Notes: generated from the letters alone by a model not told the origin. DNA of 32,000 bases from Pseudoalteromonas translucida KMM 520 (GCF_001465295.1 NZ_CP011034.1:780001-812000); one strand, 5' to 3'; numbered from the stretch's first letter, positions 9,170 to 17,759 are shown. Numbers and translations are program-made.

Positions 9170-9490
9170 ATGTCAGGCCCGCGTTTATACACAGAAGAAG
9201 AAGCAACTCATCAAGCGTACGATATTTTTTTAGAGTTGGCTCCAAGCAACCTGAATGAGCAAGACGTTGAAACTTTTAATCAATACAGAGAAGAACTTGG
9301 TTTTATTGAAGAGGGTGAGCCCGATGAGCAATGGCAGGATTTTGTTGCTCTAGAAATTGAAGCTGATCATTTTTTGCAGGTGTTAGTAGGCTTAGAATTT
9401 GAAAATGACGATGTGTTATTCGCTAAAATTTTAATTAGCCGTGATAAAGACGCGCCTTTTTGTCACATTTTATGGAAAGAGACTGAGTAA
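9170..9490 (+). CDS. Small acidic hypothetical protein (106 aa)
   Basis: It is a clean ORF with an AAAGG SD-like sequence upstream, no TM segment and many Asp/Glu residues. I do not recognise the family. The coding call rests on ORF length in an AT-rich genome and on its position at the head of a same-strand gene string. Confidence 0.55.
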   Translation: MSGPRLYTEEEATHQAYDIFLELAPSNLNEQDVETFNQYREELGFIEEGEPDEQWQDFVALEIEADHFLQVLVGLEFENDDVLFAKILISRDKDAPFCHILWKETE

Positions 9491-9539
9491 CTCAGTTTTA
9501 GTTAAAGTTATTTTATGATCACCTACAAGAGAGAGTGTT

Positions 9540-10352
9540 TTGCGTAAGTTTTTATTCTTAATTTTTTTAATGGTTTGCCGCCCAAGTTGGGCTGTCGATC
9601 CTTTTGAAGATTTTCATGAATACGGACAGCTCTCGGATGAAGAAATTCATGATTTACACAAAGGCGAAATGCTTTACGGCGACACCGAATTTGGCTTTAT
9701 ATTAAGTAAAGGCAATACTAATTCGACCAGTTTTAAACTCAAAGGTAACCTTTATCAAGATTTTGAAAGCTGGCGTAATCAATTTAAAATAGATTCCTTA
9801 TACAAACGCGATCATAACGATGACACCGGAAAGTCTGATGTGACCGCTAACCGGGTGTTTATATCGGCGCAAGGTAACTACAAAGTAGGTGTTAAAAACT
9901 CCTCATTTTTTATTTATGGCGATTACGAAGAAGATCAATTTAGCGGTCTAGCATTTAAAAGTACCGTAGCAACAGGTTATGGTGCGCGCGTGTACCAAGG
10001 CGTTAAAAATAAAGTGGATATTGATATAGGGCCTGGTTTGTATCGCTCTGTGGCTGAGGAGCAATCTGATGTTAGCGAAGATGATAAAAACAAAGTAGGT
10101 TATTTAGTGCGCTTTGCTATGCAATGGGAGCGGTTGGTTTCTGAGCGAACGCGCTTTAATCAAGATGTAAGTATAGAGCAGTCTTTGTCGGGGCTTAATT
10201 CACGATTAAAATCAGAAACAGCCTTGATCAGCCAAGTAATTGGTGGGGTATCACTTAAGTTTGCTTATATGTATCGTTATAATTCCAAACCTGAAGAAAA
10301 TAAGCTCAAGTTTGACTCAGAGCTCAGCGCAACATTAGTTTATAGCTTTTAA
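9540..10352 (+). CDS. DUF481 (YdiY-like) outer-membrane beta-barrel protein
   Basis: The 270-aa protein has a signal peptide (MRKFLFLIFLMVCRPSWA) and begins at a TTG preceded by GAGAG. The GNTNSTSFKLKGNL motif, alternating beta-strand pattern and C-terminal aromatic residue (LVYSF) are typical of DUF481 and outer-membrane barrels. Confidence 0.7.
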   Translation: MRKFLFLIFLMVCRPSWAVDPFEDFHEYGQLSDEEIHDLHKGEMLYGDTEFGFILSKGNTNSTSFKLKGNLYQDFESWRNQFKIDSLYKRDHNDDTGKSDVTANRVFISAQGNYKVGVKNSSFFIYGDYEEDQFSGLAFKSTVATGYGARVYQGVKNKVDIDIGPGLYRSVAEEQSDVSEDDKNKVGYLVRFAMQWERLVSERTRFNQDVSIEQSLSGLNSRLKSETALISQVIGGVSLKFAYMYRYNSKPEENKLKFDSELSATLVYSF

Positions 10353-10397
10353 GTTGTTTTATTTTTAATCGTATCGTTATTTAATTTTGAGAGTGTT

Positions 10398-10874
10398 ATG
10401 TATCAGCATAAACAGTATGCGCTATTTATATTTTTTGTATTAGCCTGGATTGGTGGCTTTGTAGCCCTTGCCTGGAATTTAATTGGGGCTGATGGCCCAC
10501 TTATGGTGTTTGCCGGTATTTTAGTGCTGGTGGGTTTTTTGTTTCATGGCTTAACCGTTAAAGTAAATGACACTCATATTAGTTGGGCATTTGGTCCTGG
10601 TGTTGCTGGGCAAAGTATTGCACTTGCAGATATTGCAGAAGCTAAAGCGGTGCAAAACTCGTATCGACATGGTATTGGTATTCGTATTACCCACGATGGC
10701 TGGATATATACAGTGTCTGGCTTTAGTGCTATTCAACTCACCCTTAAAGATGGCACTTTATACAGAGTTGGCACTAATGATCAGCAAGGCTTACTCGCAG
10801 CGCTTGAAGGTAAAATAGCACCTGCAGAAACACTTAAAGCAGCTACAGATGATGCTAAACCAGCTGCAGTTTAA
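10398..10874 (+). CDS. Hypothetical inner-membrane protein (two N-terminal TM helices plus a small soluble beta-rich domain and an Ala/Lys-rich tail)
   Basis: The 158-aa protein has two clear hydrophobic helices (ALFIFFVLAWIGGFVALAW and PLMVFAGILVLVGFLF). A GAGAG SD precedes the ATG, and a strong terminator follows the gene. The family is not recognised. Confidence 0.6.
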   Translation: MYQHKQYALFIFFVLAWIGGFVALAWNLIGADGPLMVFAGILVLVGFLFHGLTVKVNDTHISWAFGPGVAGQSIALADIAEAKAVQNSYRHGIGIRITHDGWIYTVSGFSAIQLTLKDGTLYRVGTNDQQGLLAALEGKIAPAETLKAATDDAKPAAV

Positions 10875-10900
10875 AATGTAATTAAATTAAGTTTAGTAAC

Positions 10901-10927
10901 AAAAAAAGCGCCTAAGGCGCTTTTTTT
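10901..10927. terminator. Bidirectional rho-independent terminator between convergent genes
   Basis: The sequence AAAAAAAGCGCC-TAA-GGCGCTTTTTTT forms a GC-rich stem flanked by an A7 tract and a T7 tract, so it can terminate transcription from either strand. It lies between the stop codons at 10874 (+) and 10944 (-). Confidence 0.8.
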
Positions 10928-10943
10928 ATTTGCTTAGGGGATT

Positions 10944-11429
10944 TTAGTGGTCGTGACCACAACCGCCTTCACCATGTACATGACCATGGCTTAGCTCTTC
11001 TTCGGTTGCATCGCGTACTTCTAAAATTTCTACATTAAAGTTAAGCGTAATACCGGCTAGTGGGTTATTACCATCTACAATAACTTCTTCGTCTTGAATG
11101 TCGATGATCATGACTGATTGATCGCCATCATCGGTTGATGCACGAAATTGCATGCCCACTTCAATTTCCATGCCTTCAAACATTTCTTTAGGCACAGCTT
11201 GCATTAAGTTGTCACTACGCTCGCCGTAACCTTCATCAGGTTCAACTTTTACGCTTAACGTGTCGCCAGCTTGTTTACCTTGCAGAGCTTTTTCTAGGCC
11301 TGAAATTAGATAGCCGGTGCCAATAATAAAAATTAGTGGTTCGCCATCGAACGAGTTATCAATGGTATTACCGTCATTATCTAATACCGAATAATGCATT
11401 TTTACCACTTTGTTTGCTGCAACGATCAT
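10944..11429 (-). CDS. slyD: FKBP-type peptidyl-prolyl cis-trans isomerase SlyD
   Basis: The 161-aa protein has an FKBP domain with an inserted IF (chaperone) domain. The N-terminus (VVKMHYSVLDNDG) resembles the SlyD N-terminus as I recall it for E. coli. A short His/Cys-rich metal-binding tail (HGHVHGEGGCGHDH) is present. Confidence 0.9.
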   Translation of the reverse strand: MIVAANKVVKMHYSVLDNDGNTIDNSFDGEPLIFIIGTGYLISGLEKALQGKQAGDTLSVKVEPDEGYGERSDNLMQAVPKEMFEGMEIEVGMQFRASTDDGDQSVMIIDIQDEEVIVDGNNPLAGITLNFNVEILEVRDATEEELSHGHVHGEGGCGHDH

Positions 11430-11441
11430 AGTCAGTCCTAT

Positions 11442-12353
11442 TTATTCATCTTCAAGAGAGTAGGGTAGAGGAAGAATGTTTAGCTCTACCGAAGGAGTGT
11501 GTTTTGCACGAAGTACCTGAGTAACATCAGTATCGTTTGGCAACACTACAAGGCCAGTAAGTGTTTTACTTTGTTCATTAAAGCTCTGGCTAATAAGTTG
11601 ACCAGCGCGGCGCCAGTTTTCGCCTAGTTGTCTTTCTAGATCCAACTCAGTGAGTAACCCATCGCTTTGCCCTGAAACGATATACATAGCACGCTTATTT
11701 TTACCTAAGTACTTCATTCGCGCTACGGTTTCTTGTCCGGTGTAACAGCCTTTTTTAAAGCTAATGCCACCGATTGCTTGCAAGTTAACCATTTGCGGCA
11801 CGTATTCACCAATGGCTTGCTCATTAAGCTGCGGCTCGCCAGCTAAAATAGCAGCTTGTTGCCATAGCATATCGTTATCAAGCGTTACTACGTTATCAGG
11901 CAAGTTAAATTGCTCATCTACCATTAGTAGAAGTCGATTGCCGGTAAGCTTAAGAGCTTTACCATGGCTAAAATCGCATGCAGTGTCTTGCGCTGTAAAT
12001 TCGATATTAAGTTGTGTGAGTAACTCAGTAAAGTCGTCGCTAATTAAGCCAATTAATCGCTGTGGTGCTACGTTAATGTCTACTTTAGCAAATACCGCAT
12101 ATTTTTTTAACTCGGTTAAAGAGCACTCTACCTCAGCCTTAGAGCCAATTAAATAGTAATGATCTTGATGAGAAAATAATTTAAACACGCCCCATAACTT
12201 ACCTTTGGCGCTACAGTGCCCGGCCCAAAGATGATTGTTATTGGTTAGCTTGTTGATATCCTGAGTGATTTGTCCGTGAAGATAAGATAATTTATCTGCG
12301 CCAGAGAGGCTAATAAGCTGATGAGATAAAGCACACGCATGAACAATCGACAT
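11442..12353 (-). CDS. ygfZ: Folate-binding tRNA-modification/Fe-S cluster repair protein YgfZ
   Basis: The YgfZ signature KGCYTGQETVARMKY is present. The track ORF starts at the GTG at 12359. I prefer the ATG at 12353, which has AGAAGG 5 nt upstream. The gene lies divergent from sdhE, as in E. coli. Confidence 0.85.
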   Translation of the reverse strand: MSIVHACALSHQLISLSGADKLSYLHGQITQDINKLTNNNHLWAGHCSAKGKLWGVFKLFSHQDHYYLIGSKAEVECSLTELKKYAVFAKVDINVAPQRLIGLISDDFTELLTQLNIEFTAQDTACDFSHGKALKLTGNRLLLMVDEQFNLPDNVVTLDNDMLWQQAAILAGEPQLNEQAIGEYVPQMVNLQAIGGISFKKGCYTGQETVARMKYLGKNKRAMYIVSGQSDGLLTELDLERQLGENWRRAGQLISQSFNEQSKTLTGLVVLPNDTDVTQVLRAKHTPSVELNILPLPYSLEDE

Positions 12354-12517
12354 AAACACCTTCTTTGACTACTTAATGAGGTGACATAATAACGTAGATA
12401 CAACCTTGGGTACAGCAGCTAACTCAGTGCGGGTTTTTATTATTTTAATAAGTGATTAAGAGCTGCTAAATTAATTGGTATTTGTTAAACTCAAGTCAAT
12501 TAAATATGAGGTTTAAA

Positions 12518-12769
12518 ATGACTGAAATTCATAGTAAAGCACGTATCCGTTGGGCTTGTCGCCGTGGCATGCTAGAGCTAGATGTATTGTTTATGCCCTT
12601 TGTAGAAGATGCTTTTGATTCACTTAGCGTTGAACAGCAAGCTATTTTTCAGCGTTTACTTACCGAAGAAGATCCTGACTTATTTGCTTGGTTTATGGGC
12701 CATAAAGAATGTAAAGATGAGCAGCTTAACAGCATGGTACAACTTATTTTAGACCGAGTTCGTGTATAG
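12518..12769 (+). CDS. sdhE: FAD assembly factor SdhE (YgfY/CptB family)
   Basis: The conserved SdhE RGxxE motif is present in context (RIRWACRRGMLELDVLFMPF), followed by DPDLFAWF. The track ORF starts at the TTG at 12482. I prefer the ATG at 12518, which has TGAGG 6 nt upstream and gives 83 aa, typical for SdhE. Confidence 0.85.
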   Translation: MTEIHSKARIRWACRRGMLELDVLFMPFVEDAFDSLSVEQQAIFQRLLTEEDPDLFAWFMGHKECKDEQLNSMVQLILDRVRV

Positions 12770-13178
12770 GTTTACGGTTACAGCAAACAAAACAGACCAT
12801 AAACCTATAGTGGTCTTTTTTTGTGTTTTAACATTATTGCTGTGCTTATTTTTAAGTTCATTTGAGGCAATAATTTTTTGCATGGTTGTTAACCTTGTAG
12901 CGGCCATACTTGTATGGCTAAAAATGCAGGCAGTACAGCCACTCGAAGGCGTTATTATTTTAGCCCCAAAGCAGTTTAGGTTTGAAAATAACACACGGTT
13001 AATTCAAGGCGAAATAAGTGCTAAAAGCCGCTTAATTGGCAACAGTGTTTGGCTTTATATTAAGGGTTTTAATAACAACTATTGGCTGATTATTACAGCC
13101 AATAGTGTTGATGTACAAAGCTATGCGCGTCTAAAACGCGCCACACTTAATGCAATTAACGCTGTGGAGTTAAAATAG
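12762..13178 (+). CDS. ygfX: YgfX (CptA)-like inner-membrane protein
   Basis: The 138-aa protein has two TM helices followed by a soluble domain ending in a basic segment ([13 protein letters not shown]). Its GTG start overlaps the sdhE stop within GTGTATAG. Position and architecture match E. coli ygfX downstream of sdhE. Sequence similarity cannot be verified by eye. Confidence 0.55.
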   Translation: MYRFTVTANKTDHKPIVVFFCVLTLLLCLFLSSFEAIIFCMVVNLVAAILVWLKMQAVQPLEGVIILAPKQFRFENNTRLIQGEISAKSRLIGNSVWLYIKGFNNNYWLIITANSVDVQSYARLKRATLNAINAVELK

Positions 13179-14763
13179 TAGGCGTTGGATTAGCGTTTTG
13201 CTCTGGATAATCAATAGTGTAATGCAGGCCACGGCTTTCTTTACGCTCAAGTGCACTGCGAATAATTAGTTCGGCAACTTGTACCAAATTACGTAGTTCT
13301 AACAAGTTATTACTAACTCTAAAGTTAGCGTAATAGTCATGTATTTCTTGCTGTAACAACTCAACTCTATGTAGCGCCCGCTCTAAACGTTTTGTTGAGC
13401 GCACAATACCCACGTAGTCCCACATAAATAACCTTAGTTCATGCCAGTTGTGAGTAATCACTATTTCTTCATCTGAATTAGCTACGCGGCTTTCATCCCA
13501 GTGCGGCAGGTTAATGGGCTCTGGTGCATGTTCAATTTTGCTTAAAATGTCTTTTGCAGCCGCATGGGCAAACACAATACACTCTAGTAATGAATTACTC
13601 GCCATACGATTAGCGCCATGTAAGCCAGTATAAGCAACTTCGCCTACTGCATATAAGTTATCTAAATCGGTTTTGCCATTAAAGTCAGTCATTACTCCGC
13701 CACAGGTATAATGCGCTGCAGGTACAACAGGAATAGGGTCTTTAGTAATATCGAGCCCGACACTTAGGCACTTTGCATATATAGTGGGAAAGTGCTCAAT
13801 AATAAAATCTTTATCTTTGTGACTAATATCTAAAAATACGCAATTGGCACCCAAACGTTTCATTTCAAAGTCGATAGCGCGAGCAACAATATCGCGAGGA
13901 GCAAGCTCTTCACGCTCATCAAACTCATGCATAAATCGGCTGCCGTCGGGGCGTCTTAAATAGGCGCCTTCACCACGCATTGCTTCGGTAATTAAAAAGT
14001 TTTGTAATTCAGGGTGGTACAAACTGGTTGGATGAAACTGGTTAAATTCCATGTTCGCCACTCTACAGCCCGCACGCCATGCCATAGCAATACCATCACC
14101 ACTGGAAACATCAGGGTTTGAAGTATATAAATACACTTTACTGGCGCCACCCGTCGCTAAAGCAACAAATTTAGCCGCAATTGTTTCTACTTTTTTAGCA
14201 TTTTTATTCCATACATACATGCCATTTATATGCGAGCTGGCTTGATTGCCGCTTTTATCTGTAATTAAATCAATAGCGTTGTAGTGCTCTAACAGGGTGA
14301 TGTTTTTGTGGGTTTGAACTTGGCTGATTAATGTTGTTTGTACGGCTTTACCAGTAGCGTCGGCGGCGTGTAATATGCGTCGGTGGCTGTGGCCGCCTTC
14401 ACGCGTTAAATGAAAACGCTCTTTCCCATGGCTATCCAGCTCTATATCAAACGGTACGCCTTGATTAATTAACCATTGCAAACAATCGTGGGCATTACTA
14501 GCGGTATAGTGCACTGCTTCTTTGTCGCATAAGCCACCGCCCGCGTCGAGCGTGTCTTGCACATGTGATTCTATACTGTCATGTTTCTTATCAAATACCG
14601 CGGCTATACCACCTTGGGCATAGAGTGTGGAACCTTCAGTGAGTGCTCCCTTACTGATTACGGTAACGTTACAATAGTTAGCTAAAGATAAGGCAAGTGA
14701 TAAGCCCGCTGCGCCGCTACCGATAATAGCGACATCTGCAATGTGATGTTTATTTTGGTTCAT
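13156..14763 (-). CDS. nadB: L-aspartate oxidase NadB
   Basis: The 535-aa protein has the FAD-binding motif [15 protein letters not shown] and flavoprotein motifs of the succinate dehydrogenase/fumarate reductase family ([31 protein letters not shown]). It is divergent from rpoE, as in E. coli. Confidence 0.95.
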   Translation of the reverse strand: MNQNKHHIADVAIIGSGAAGLSLALSLANYCNVTVISKGALTEGSTLYAQGGIAAVFDKKHDSIESHVQDTLDAGGGLCDKEAVHYTASNAHDCLQWLINQGVPFDIELDSHGKERFHLTREGGHSHRRILHAADATGKAVQTTLISQVQTHKNITLLEHYNAIDLITDKSGNQASSHINGMYVWNKNAKKVETIAAKFVALATGGASKVYLYTSNPDVSSGDGIAMAWRAGCRVANMEFNQFHPTSLYHPELQNFLITEAMRGEGAYLRRPDGSRFMHEFDEREELAPRDIVARAIDFEMKRLGANCVFLDISHKDKDFIIEHFPTIYAKCLSVGLDITKDPIPVVPAAHYTCGGVMTDFNGKTDLDNLYAVGEVAYTGLHGANRMASNSLLECIVFAHAAAKDILSKIEHAPEPINLPHWDESRVANSDEEIVITHNWHELRLFMWDYVGIVRSTKRLERALHRVELLQQEIHDYYANFRVSNNLLELRNLVQVAELIIRSALERKESRGLHYTIDYPEQNANPTPTILTPQR

Positions 14764-14914
14764 GTCAGAGGTACTTTGCGGTTACAATGCCCATATAGAG
14801 CAATGTTTGTTTTCAATAGTGGTAGTTGTATCATATTTGCCATCATACCAAGTAGTAATTTTGGCTCTAACTACGGTTATTTACGACTATTTAATAAAAA
14901 AACAATATAAAGCA

Positions 14915-14941
14915 GAACTTTTTATTCATGTAAGAGTCAGA
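14915..14941 (+). promoter_or_regulatory. Candidate sigma-E-dependent (autoregulatory) promoter of rpoE: GAACTT-N16-TCAGA
   Basis: GAACTT lies at 14915-14920 and TCAGA at 14937-14941, separated by an exact 16-nt spacer. An A-rich tract lies upstream. The geometry and sequence are close to the E. coli sigma-E consensus (GGAACTT-N16-TCAAA) and to rpoE P2 (GAACTT-N16-TCTAA, from memory). It lies about 67 nt upstream of the rpoE ATG. Confidence 0.5.
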
Positions 14942-15007
14942 GTATCTGTGAACAATGGCGACACTATGAATGATAAGCAAAAATTAGACACAGGAGTACC
15001 GGCTCGA

Positions 15008-15589
15008 ATGAGCGAGCAGGATCAAGATTTAGCGCTAGTAAAAAGGGTTCAGCAAGGAGATAAAAACGCCTTCAACCTATTAGTAAAGAAGTATCAAAAC
15101 AAAATTGCCGGTTTGATCTCACGTTATGTGTCAAATCAAGGTGATATTGCAGATGTAGCACAAGAAGCGTTTATAAAAGCTTATCGTGCGCTTCCTAACT
15201 TTAGGGGCGATAGTGCCTTTTATACTTGGTTGTACCGTATTGCAGTAAATTGTGCTAAAAATTATTTAGTAGCTCAGGGGCGTAAACCGCCTGCAAGTGA
15301 TATAGACGCACAAGATGCCGAATTTTATGACTGCGCGGACTCAATGCGTTCTAACGCATCTCCTGAAAATTTACTGCTGAGCGAAGAAGTACGCGCTGTT
15401 ATTTTTAATACGATTGATAGTTTGCCTGAAGATCTTAAAACCGCAATCACCCTTAGAGAAATTGAAGGGATGAGCTATGAAGAAATAGCCGTGGTAATGG
15501 ATTGCCCAGTCGGGACGGTACGTTCGCGTATATTTCGTGCCCGTGAAGCAATTGATAACAAATTAAACCCATTAATAGGCGAGTCTTAG
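15008..15589 (+). CDS. rpoE: RNA polymerase sigma-E factor RpoE (ECF sigma-24)
   Basis: The track ORF is open from 14762, but homology begins at the ATG at 15008. MSEQDQDLALVKRVQQGDKNAFNLLVKKYQNKIAGLISRYV parallels the E. coli RpoE N-terminus, and an AGGAG sits 11 nt upstream. The 193-aa product has ECF regions 2 and 4 (FYTWLYRIAVN and GMSYEEIAVVMDCPVGTVRSRIFRAREA). Confidence 0.95.
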   Translation: MSEQDQDLALVKRVQQGDKNAFNLLVKKYQNKIAGLISRYVSNQGDIADVAQEAFIKAYRALPNFRGDSAFYTWLYRIAVNCAKNYLVAQGRKPPASDIDAQDAEFYDCADSMRSNASPENLLLSEEVRAVIFNTIDSLPEDLKTAITLREIEGMSYEEIAVVMDCPVGTVRSRIFRAREAIDNKLNPLIGES

Positions 15590-15590
15590 T

Positions 15591-16208
15591 ATGATAAAAG
15601 CACACGTTAACAGGTTAGATGACGAATCGTTATCTGCATTACTTGACGGCGAGCAACAACTAGCAGATGCGAAAATTGCAGAGCAAGACGTTGCTACCTT
15701 TGGCCGTTATGCGTTAATTGGTGATGCAATGCGAGCTCAAAAAGATCACAGCGATATTCATATTGATATTAGCAAGCGTGTTGCGTTAGCACTCGAAAGC
15801 GAACCAGTATATGCAGACTTCAGTCAGTCTAAAGCGCAATCTGCGCCGCAAAGTGATACTATAAACGACAATAAAGTTGTGGTATTTAATTGGCGCAAGC
15901 CAGTGGCACAACTTGCGATTGCAGCAAGTGTTGCTATGTTTGCAATTGTAGGCGTAAATATGTTGCCACAGGGCGATGGCGCGCAACAAAGCGAAATTCC
16001 ATTACTGCAAACAACGCCTTTTACAGGTATTGCATCACCAGTGAGTTATTCATCGGAGCCCGCGCTTAAAAATGCAGAAAATGGTTTGCGTGAATTGCAG
16101 CAGCAACGTATTGGCGCACTTGTTTTAGAGCATCAACGCCAAGCTCGTGTTGCCCATTCATTAGAGGCTGCGCAAACGGATGCAAAAAAAACAGAGGAAA
16201 AAAACTAA
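15591..16208 (+). CDS. rseA: Anti-sigma-E factor RseA
   Basis: The gene starts 1 nt after the rpoE stop. It has the N-terminal anti-sigma motif ESLSALLDGE, a single central TM helix (VAQLAIAASVAMFAIVGV) and a Gln-rich periplasmic C-terminus, as in E. coli RseA. Confidence 0.85.
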   Translation: MIKAHVNRLDDESLSALLDGEQQLADAKIAEQDVATFGRYALIGDAMRAQKDHSDIHIDISKRVALALESEPVYADFSQSKAQSAPQSDTINDNKVVVFNWRKPVAQLAIAASVAMFAIVGVNMLPQGDGAQQSEIPLLQTTPFTGIASPVSYSSEPALKNAENGLRELQQQRIGALVLEHQRQARVAHSLEAAQTDAKKTEEKN

Positions 16209-16212
16209 TTAA

Positions 16213-17166
16213 ATGAAAGTAATTACTTTTATTCTGTCGCTGGCAATCAGCTTTAATACTTTTGCCAGCGACACCAATCCTGCCAAAGATTTACTGCTTA
16301 AAATGGCAAATGCCGTTCATACCCGTAACTTTGACGCCTCGTTTGTGGTTGTTAAAGGCAAAACCATGGAACCCTACCGTTGGGTACATGCAAAACAAGG
16401 TGACATTGAGATAGAGCATTTAAGTTTACTCAATGGCGCGGGCCTAGAAATGGTGCGCGTTGACAACCAAGTAACTTATTTTGAGCCGCAATCAGAGCCT
16501 TATTCACTTACAACCGATTCAATTGCTGGGCCAATTCCAGAAGTACTGTTTAAAAACGTTGAGCGTTTAAGTAACCATTATGACTTTGTACTTGGTGGAA
16601 AAGGACGTATATCAGGAAGAGCAGCTCAGTTAGTGCGTATAGAATCTAAAGATGAAGACAAATATAACTACTGGATTTGGCTTGATATGGAATCGTCTTT
16701 ATTGCTAAAAGCGGCCTACGTTAATCATCAAGGCGAAGCTTTAGAACAACTGCAACTTACCCACATAAGTGTTACAGAGCAGCCGGCGAGTATGTTGCTG
16801 GAAATACTTAATCGTAATTTTCCAACCCCGTTACCAAATAACTCACTCGAAACATTGAGCAGTAATACGGCAAAAACGTGGAAAATAGACTGGTTGCCAG
16901 CAGGCTTTGAATTATTAAAATCAGACCGCCATAAATTAGATTTAAATAATGAATTAACCGACTACTATTTATTTTCAGATGGCTTTGTAGAAGTATCGGT
17001 ATTTATACAAAGACCTTTGCCGGGTAAGCGCTTAAGTGGCTCACTCACTTCTGGGGCAACTACAGTTTATGTGCACAACGGCGGCAATTTTGACGTTTCG
17101 GTAGTGGGAAATATTCCTAGTTTAGCCGCCAAAAAAATTGCAGAGTCGGTGATCCGTGCATTATAA
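16213..17166 (+). CDS. rseB: Sigma-E regulatory protein RseB (MucB family)
   Basis: The 317-aa protein has a signal peptide (MKVITFILSLAISFNTFA). MucB/RseB-like sequence (LLLKMANAVHTRNFDASFVVV) and its conserved operon position support the call. Confidence 0.9.
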   Translation: MKVITFILSLAISFNTFASDTNPAKDLLLKMANAVHTRNFDASFVVVKGKTMEPYRWVHAKQGDIEIEHLSLLNGAGLEMVRVDNQVTYFEPQSEPYSLTTDSIAGPIPEVLFKNVERLSNHYDFVLGGKGRISGRAAQLVRIESKDEDKYNYWIWLDMESSLLLKAAYVNHQGEALEQLQLTHISVTEQPASMLLEILNRNFPTPLPNNSLETLSSNTAKTWKIDWLPAGFELLKSDRHKLDLNNELTDYYLFSDGFVEVSVFIQRPLPGKRLSGSLTSGATTVYVHNGGNFDVSVVGNIPSLAAKKIAESVIRAL

Positions 17167-17186
17167 ACGATTTATAAAGAGTTGTT

Positions 17187-17636
17187 ATGATTGAACAAAC
17201 CTTAAAAGTTGTGGCCCTTAGTGGCCACATTGCACATTTAGAGGCACAACAAAAACAAGCATGCGAAGGCTGTAATGGCCGTTGTGGATCGCAGGTATTT
17301 AGTAAGTTATTTGGCAGTGCTAAAAAAACCTTTCCCTACAAATTTGACACGCCCGTAGTGGTGGGCCAAAAAATCACCTTGTCGCTCGATGATAGCCACG
17401 TTGTTAAACACGCATTTACCGTCTATATGCTGCCGCTATTTTTAAGCTTAGCCTTTGCGTTAGTCGCTGCTGAATTACTGTTAGTTACCGAGGGATGGCA
17501 AATTTTAGCCGCTGCTTTGGGTGGTGGTATTGGCTTTTTAATGGCTAAAATGTGGGTTAAATCATTCAGGCATGATATCAAAGTGATAAAAATTCATCCA
17601 ATTAGCCTTCCTTTAACTCAAATAGATGGTGATTGA
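17187..17636 (+). CDS. rseC: RseC/SoxR-reducing-system family protein
   Basis: The 149-aa protein has an N-terminal Cys cluster (CEGCNGRCGS) followed by two TM helices. It occupies the fourth position of the rpoE operon. Confidence 0.85.
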   Translation: MIEQTLKVVALSGHIAHLEAQQKQACEGCNGRCGSQVFSKLFGSAKKTFPYKFDTPVVVGQKITLSLDDSHVVKHAFTVYMLPLFLSLAFALVAAELLLVTEGWQILAAALGGGIGFLMAKMWVKSFRHDIKVIKIHPISLPLTQIDGD

Positions 17637-17671
17637 TGCCAATTAAATGTAAAATTGCCCGCTTACGCCAC

Positions 17672-17711
17672 AACAACTTGAAAATATAAAAACAAATATT
17701 TTCAAGTTGTT
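17672..17711 (+). terminator. Perfect 16-bp AT-rich stem-loop between rseC and lepA (terminator, attenuator or processing site)
   Basis: AACAACTTGAAAATAT (17672-17687) and ATATTTTCAAGTTGTT (17696-17711) are exact reverse complements around an 8-nt loop. Only a weak T-run follows (the stem ends in GTTGTT, then T), so intrinsic termination is uncertain. Confidence 0.45.
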
Positions 17712-17759
17712 TAGGTATATCTACTTAGTCCATTAAAAATAGAGTTTAGAATCCAGTTT

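Noticed and set aside
11764-12156. Other ORF-track entries of 60-136 aa lie antisense to, or overlap in another frame, the called genes. Examples are 3627-3836, 4509-4700, 5493-5738, 6392-6883, 8801-9007, 10551-10818, 11764-12156, 12749-12994, 14051-14245, 15786-15989, 17711-17920, 19575-19790, 20935-21329, 22707-22976, 23907-24113, 24321-24548, 25386-25715, 27069-27479, 28042-28293, 29029-29346 and 30449-30661.
   Set aside because: Each lies largely or wholly within a longer gene that has clear family signatures, and the few that protrude into spacers (for example 8801-9007, 17711-17920) add only short flanking sequence. Their translations are low-complexity or Cys/Ser/Leu-rich with no motifs. 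None has an evident SD or an independent intergenic location.
14762-15007. The rpoE reading frame is open 246 nt upstream of the conserved start. Its ATG at 14762 interlocks with the nadB start codon (CATG).
   Set aside because: The extension ([17 protein letters not shown]...) has no similarity to sigma factors. It would run through the divergent promoter region and the candidate sigma-E promoter. The ATG at 15008 has an AGGAG SD and reproduces the canonical RpoE N-terminus.
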